The notes below the pieces were generated by a model, which was given only the letters and a program-made list of their open reading frames with translations, searched no databases and was not told the DNA's origin. Position numbers and translations under genes: made by a program. Below are positions 7,623 to 11,225 of a stretch of DNA of 11,225 bases, piece by piece (positions within the stretch are counted from its first letter, which is position 1; the number at the start of each line of letters is the position of its first letter). The stretch is from Elainellaceae cyanobacterium (lineage in GTDB: Bacteria; Cyanobacteriota; Cyanobacteriia; CAZCXK01), in NCBI GenBank assembly GCA_051117555.1, contig JBNPEG010000037.1:1-11225 (forward strand). Reading direction: 5' to 3'.

Positions 7623-7811
7623 ATGCAGCTTAATGTGCCATCCATTGTCTGTGACGGCTGCGCAGACACGATTACTAAGGCAATCCACAAGCTTGACTCA
7701 TCCGCACGCGTCAATGTCAACATCGAAACGAAGCAGGTTGAGGTTGATACTCAAGCAGACGAGAGCGCAATTAAAGAGGCGATCGCCGCTGTCGGACATG
7801 ATGTGAACTAA
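7623..7811 (+). CDS. atx1: Heavy-metal-associated (HMA) domain copper chaperone, Atx1/CopZ type
   Basis: 62 aa with VPSIVCDGC (CxxC) and C-terminal AIAAVGHDVN, whose His corresponds to the extra loop-5 His of cyanobacterial Atx1. GGAG RBS at 7612-7615. Confidence 0.9.
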   Translation: MQLNVPSIVCDGCADTITKAIHKLDSSARVNVNIETKQVEVDTQADESAIKEAIAAVGHDVN

Positions 7812-7826
7812 GCATCAAAGCAGGTC

Positions 7827-7859
7827 GATGCGTTACGGCTACGCCTAACAGCGCCCTAC
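7827..7859. repeat. Degenerate REP-like palindrome (GTAG family)
   Basis: gatgcGTTAcGGCtacGCCTAACagcgccCTAC; aligns by eye with 184-214. Confidence 0.7.
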
Positions 7860-7892
7860 AGCACTATAGTCTGCCCCACACGACTTAAAAAT

Positions 7893-7940
7893 ATCCCTGG
7901 ATAAAGACCTCAAATTGAGGTCTTTTTTATGATCAGGGAT
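7893..7940. terminator. Intrinsic terminator between the convergent atx1 and chlD genes, probably bidirectional
   Basis: AAAGACCTCAA-A-TTGAGGTCTTT (7903-7925) running into a T tract (7923-7928); outer arms ATCCCTG (7893-7899) and CAGGGAT (7934-7940). Confidence 0.8.
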
Positions 7941-9967
7941 TAGGCTTTGAGATCGCTCATCGCGGTTTTTGTCATAGCGGCGATCGCCTGATCGGTTGCT
8001 TTTGGCAGATGATAATACTTCCCACCGGCGTGTTTCGCTAGTTCTTTAGCAAATCCAGTGGAGACAAACTTGTTTTCAGTATCAATCATCAAAAGCTGAA
8101 AGCCAGTTGCTCGAATCCGGTCGGCAATCTCTAATAGCTCGGCTTTAATATCAGGTTTTTCGCCTTCCAGAATGGGTTCGCCAAGGGAACGAGCGAGTGG
8201 GATATTGCCGCGCCCGTCGGTGATCGCCACGATCATTACTTGCCCGACATCTCCAGATTTTTGAGCATTCATGCCAACCCGAACGGCTTGAGTCAATCCG
8301 TGGGCAAGGGGTGATCCGCCTCCGCAGGGCATTCTTTCTAATCGTCGGCTGGCGGCTGAAATAGAACGAGTGGGTGGCAGCAACACTTCAGCTTGTTCTC
8401 CCCGAAACGGAATTAGGGAAATCTGATCGCGATTTTGGTATGCCTCGGTCAGCAATCGCAAGACCGCACCCTTAGCAGACTGCATCCGATTGAGAGCCAT
8501 TGATCCTGATGCATCAACTAAGAAAATAACGAGAGCACCTGCCTTGCGCGCTAGTCGCTTCGACCGGAGGTCGCCCTGTTCGACAATGACCCGGCGATTC
8601 GGCTGACGGAGGCGACGACTTTTCTGATAAGGGGCTGCCGCTCGCAGCGTGGCGTCAACGGCAATCCGGCGGGCTTTGCCCTTCGGCAGCATGGGCTTAA
8701 TGTATCGTCCGCGATCGTCGGAAAAAATTAGGCTGCGTGCGCCAGAACTGCCTCGACGCTGAGCCATTTGAGCGAAATACATCATCGCTGGATCAAGGAT
8801 GACTCCTTCCGGGTCAAATACAAATTCCTCCGGAATTTCAGGCGTTTCTTGCTCCTCGGGTTCGTCGGGCTCATCCTGCTCGTCTTGCGAGTCGTCCTGA
8901 TCGAGGTCAGAGTCGTCTTGAGGATCTGGCGGGGGTGGTGGAGGTGGAGGTGGCTCATCCGGTGGTGTTTGAATCACTTTGGCACGCGGCACAATCACCA
9001 ACTCGACCGCACGCCGTAAATCGTCTGCGTTTGGTTCGGTGCGCCCATCTAGTGCGGCATGCGCCTTAGCAACGCGGACCGCAAACAGTTCTGCTCGGTG
9101 CCCTTGAACTCCAGCCCGGAGTGCTTCATTTACCAAATAGGCGATTTGATCAGACTTGATTCGAACATCTTTCAACCATTCGCGCGCAAGGATGATTTGC
9201 GTTTTGAGGGTATCAATGTCGTCTATATACTGGTTTAGAAACTCTTGAGGGGACTCAGCATATTGAATGGCTTGATTAACCGCGGAAACTCGCAAGTCTA
9301 GACCTAAGACTTCATCGGCAGAAAGGGCGATCGCAATTCGATCTAGCAAATGGTCACGCAACTCTCCTTCTTCGGGGTTATAGGTCGCAATCAGCAATGG
9401 CTTGCAGGGATGGTGAAAGCTGATGCCCTCACGTTCAATTTGGTTGCGTCCATCGGTAATCACCGATAGCAGTAGATTTGAAATTTGGGTGTCGAGCAGA
9501 TTAATTTCATCGACGTACAAAATACCCCGATGCGCTTCAGCCAAGAGCCCCGGTTGGAATACAGTTTTTCCTTGTTTGACCGACTGGCTCACATCGACAG
9601 AACCTAGCAATCGATCTTCTGTGACTCCTAGAGGGATTTGGATAAAAGGGGCTGGAATAATTTGGGTTGGAGGAAGGTTAGAAGATTCAAGATTTTCGAA
9701 TCTTTGACGGGTTTCATCATCCCATTCGCCGGGCTGATTTGGGTCACAGTTACAGCACGATCCTTCGACAACCTCGATCGGGGGTAGTAGCGCATGGAGA
9801 GCCCTTGCCATGACTGACTTTGCCGTGCCTCGTCGTCCGGCAATCACGACGCCGCCCAAGCCTGGATCGATGGCAGCAAGCACAAGCGCCAGTTTGATGG
9901 CTTCTTGCCCAACCACTGCCGTTAGCGGAAACGCGGTCGGAATCAGTGGATAATCGAGAGCAGTCAT
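7940..9967 (-). CDS. chlD: Magnesium chelatase subunit D
   Basis: AAA+ domain ([28 protein letters not shown]), poly-Pro/acidic linker, and a vWA domain with MIDAS (DASGSM, TDGRGN). Confidence 0.98.
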   Translation of the reverse strand: MTALDYPLIPTAFPLTAVVGQEAIKLALVLAAIDPGLGGVVIAGRRGTAKSVMARALHALLPPIEVVEGSCCNCDPNQPGEWDDETRQRFENLESSNLPPTQIIPAPFIQIPLGVTEDRLLGSVDVSQSVKQGKTVFQPGLLAEAHRGILYVDEINLLDTQISNLLLSVITDGRNQIEREGISFHHPCKPLLIATYNPEEGELRDHLLDRIAIALSADEVLGLDLRVSAVNQAIQYAESPQEFLNQYIDDIDTLKTQIILAREWLKDVRIKSDQIAYLVNEALRAGVQGHRAELFAVRVAKAHAALDGRTEPNADDLRRAVELVIVPRAKVIQTPPDEPPPPPPPPPDPQDDSDLDQDDSQDEQDEPDEPEEQETPEIPEEFVFDPEGVILDPAMMYFAQMAQRRGSSGARSLIFSDDRGRYIKPMLPKGKARRIAVDATLRAAAPYQKSRRLRQPNRRVIVEQGDLRSKRLARKAGALVIFLVDASGSMALNRMQSAKGAVLRLLTEAYQNRDQISLIPFRGEQAEVLLPPTRSISAASRRLERMPCGGGSPLAHGLTQAVRVGMNAQKSGDVGQVMIVAITDGRGNIPLARSLGEPILEGEKPDIKAELLEIADRIRATGFQLLMIDTENKFVSTGFAKELAKHAGGKYYHLPKATDQAIAAMTKTAMSDLKA

Positions 9968-10040
9968 AGTGTTACGCAGTTCATTAATGCACGACAGTCC
10001 CCGATTTCAGGATACCGGAAATTGCTCCGTAACGTGTTGC

Positions 10041-10089
10041 GGCGATCGCCCGTTATTCCACCCAACTGATTGGATGACGGGCGATCGCC
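10041..10089. repeat. HIP1-bounded inverted repeat/hairpin (possible terminator or RNA-stabilising stem)
   Basis: GGCGATCGCCCGT (10041-10053) and ACGGGCGATCGCC (10077-10089) are perfect 13-bp arms, with imperfect inner pairing (TATTCCA/TGGATG). It lies immediately after the stop codon at 10096-10098 on the minus strand. Confidence 0.75.
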
Positions 10090-10095
10090 TAGAAG

Positions 10096-10422
10096 CTACA
10101 CTCCATTATCATTGAAAACTAATCCACGAATTTGAAGCCGGACTGCATGACGATAGCTTTGATCAGTCCGGGCATCCTCTGAAACTCGATTCGCTTGGAT
10201 GCCCGCTTCGATCACATCATCGACAGTGATTTGCCGAGTGTGAAGCTCATCAAGCAGGCGACCATAGCGAGGAATTCCCTGCTCCGTAAGATAGCCCTGA
10301 TAGGCTAGATAAACCAGATCAGCAGGATTGGCACCGACGACGTTAGCTCTAGCAGTCGTCGCTGTCAACGTCGATGCTGCTGACATGAGAAGTGCTACTC
10401 CAACAATCAATAGACGTTTCAT
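10096..10422 (-). CDS. Secreted hypothetical protein (108 aa, Sec signal peptide)
   Basis: Perfect RBS AGGAGGT (complement of 10428-10434) before ATG 10422. MKRLLIVGVALLMSAASTLTATTARA is a signal peptide with an AxA site. The mature part (P.DLVYLAYQGYL..QGIP.YG...AGIQANR...DQSY..AV..Q) resembles a cyanobacterial family of unknown function. Confidence 0.85.
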   Translation of the reverse strand: MKRLLIVGVALLMSAASTLTATTARANVVGANPADLVYLAYQGYLTEQGIPRYGRLLDELHTRQITVDDVIEAGIQANRVSEDARTDQSYRHAVRLQIRGLVFNDNGV

Positions 10423-10510
10423 GATAGACCTCCTTGCAAAGTGTCTAGTTGTAGCGGATTCACTCTGCTTATCTATCTTGAGTATGAAGTACCACCCTGA
10501 ATCTAACCTG

Positions 10511-10542
10511 ATTGAATTCTTAGGAGTTCCTAAGAATTCAAT
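10511..10542. promoter_or_regulatory. Perfect 15-bp inverted repeat with a 2-nt spacer (operator or hairpin)
   Basis: ATTGAATTCTTAGGA-GT-TCCTAAGAATTCAAT, intergenic, about 90 nt upstream of ATG 10422. The repeat is certain; its function is inferred. Confidence 0.55.
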
Positions 10543-10671
10543 GAGTGTTTGCTGACTATCCATCAACAGGGCTTACGAGTTTGGCTTCTTAAATTTCACC
10601 CATGTGAGGAACTTTTAATCCGATGCCTCTAGGATAGAAGACCAAACCATCGTGAATTGCATCAGTCCTGA

Positions 10672-11223
10672 TCAAGAGTCATCTGATCCCGATGGCACTG
10701 ACGGAGACTGAATGTCTGGAACTTGAGGGACATCTGTCCCAGTGCCCGATGTCGCTGACGTTTCAGAGGTGACTCCCGGTGAGGACGATGACGAATCGGT
10801 TTCTAACTCTGGAACGTCTAATTGAGTCGTATCGGTTGATGGAATTGGCTCATCGGTGACTTCATCGCCTGACGTCTGAGATGTGTCTGGCTCAGGTAAT
10901 TCAAGCTGAGTGCCCTCCGTTGATGGCATTACTTCTTGCCCCATTCCCTCTTGCATGGATGCGTCGTCTGACGCCTCTGGAGAGACATCAATAGTAGAAC
11001 CTGGCGCTGAAGACGGAGATGCAGGAATGGACACCGGTGATTCATTCGATGAATCGGGAGCCTGCTGAGTGACTGCCGGATCAGCAGGCTGTTCAAACCC
11101 TAAGGATCGTGGATTAAATAAGCTGTAATTCCACCTTCTGCATCTGTAAGCTAGAGAAGTAGACGATGAGCCGGAAAACCAATGCGCCCCTACCCTGCTC
11201 CCATTGAAGCTCAAATGCAACGG
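10672..11223 (-). CDS. 3' part of a protein with an acidic Ser/Pro/Thr-rich disordered C-terminal tail (probably truncated by the window edge)
   Basis: The frame is open to the window end. About 140 residues are S/P/T/D/E/Q-rich with no Lys or Arg, and contain an internal duplication. No recognisable domain. Confidence 0.6.
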   Translation of the reverse strand, partial: PLHLSFNGSRVGAHWFSGSSSTSLAYRCRRWNYSLFNPRSLGFEQPADPAVTQQAPDSSNESPVSIPASPSSAPGSTIDVSPEASDDASMQEGMGQEVMPSTEGTQLELPEPDTSQTSGDEVTDEPIPSTDTTQLDVPELETDSSSSSPGVTSETSATSGTGTDVPQVPDIQSPSVPSGSDDS

Positions 11224-11225
11224 TA

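Larger units (their letters stand above)
807..10088. repeat. HIP1 octamer GCGATCGC, dispersed, at least 14 copies
   Basis: Copies start at 807, 1607, 2221, 2723, 2857, 3470, 4057, 4199, 6398, 7779, 7980, 9327, 10042 and 10081. HIP1 over-representation is a hallmark of many cyanobacterial genomes. Confidence 0.95.

Noticed and set aside
6860..7806. ORFs 6860-7105, 7119-7337 and 7416-7598 (minus) and 7609-7806 (plus)
   Set aside because: Antisense or alternative frames of the Gly-repeat and atx1 genes. The periodic Pro in 7119-7337 simply mirrors the Gly codons.
8820..8970. Poly-Pro and acidic low-complexity stretch with GGT/GGA repeats
   Set aside because: This is the normal ChlD linker between the AAA+ and vWA domains.
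8768..9843. ORFs 8768-9019, 9423-9707 and 9628-9843
   Set aside because: Shadows within chlD.
10328..10566. Plus-strand ORF 10328-10555 and the upstream extension 10423-10566 of the secreted protein
   Set aside because: The signal peptide and perfect RBS fix the start at 10422; the similarity between the two translations (LIEFLG.PKNS) is an artefact of the palindrome at 10511-10542.

Overview
Cyanobacterial chromosomal segment: at least 14 HIP1 octamers (GCGATCGC), chlD, cyanobacterial-type ispG and ctpC. It is mostly housekeeping genes: a J-domain/TPR protein, a TM2/NINE-SHOCT membrane protein, a ComEA-like double helix-hairpin-helix protein, lepB, a small conserved ORF, ctpC, ispG, chlD, a secreted hypothetical protein and the 3' part of an acidic low-complexity protein. 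The most interesting part is a two-gene cassette between ispG and chlD (7021-7811). Its first gene encodes an uncharacterised glycine-pentapeptide-repeat protein with His or Met at exactly every 10th residue, a His/Met/acidic tract and a C-terminal hydrophobic anchor. It is followed 32 nt later by an Atx1/CopZ-type copper chaperone gene and preceded by a GAC-N5-GTC dyad overlapping a TTGACA box. I infer a candidate undescribed copper capture/relay module. Non-coding structure includes a nested REP/MITE-like cluster at 18-247, a related REP at 7827-7859, a HIP1-bounded hairpin at 10041-10089 and a perfect 15-bp inverted repeat at 10511-10542. All family assignments come from motif recognition by eye; no database search was run.
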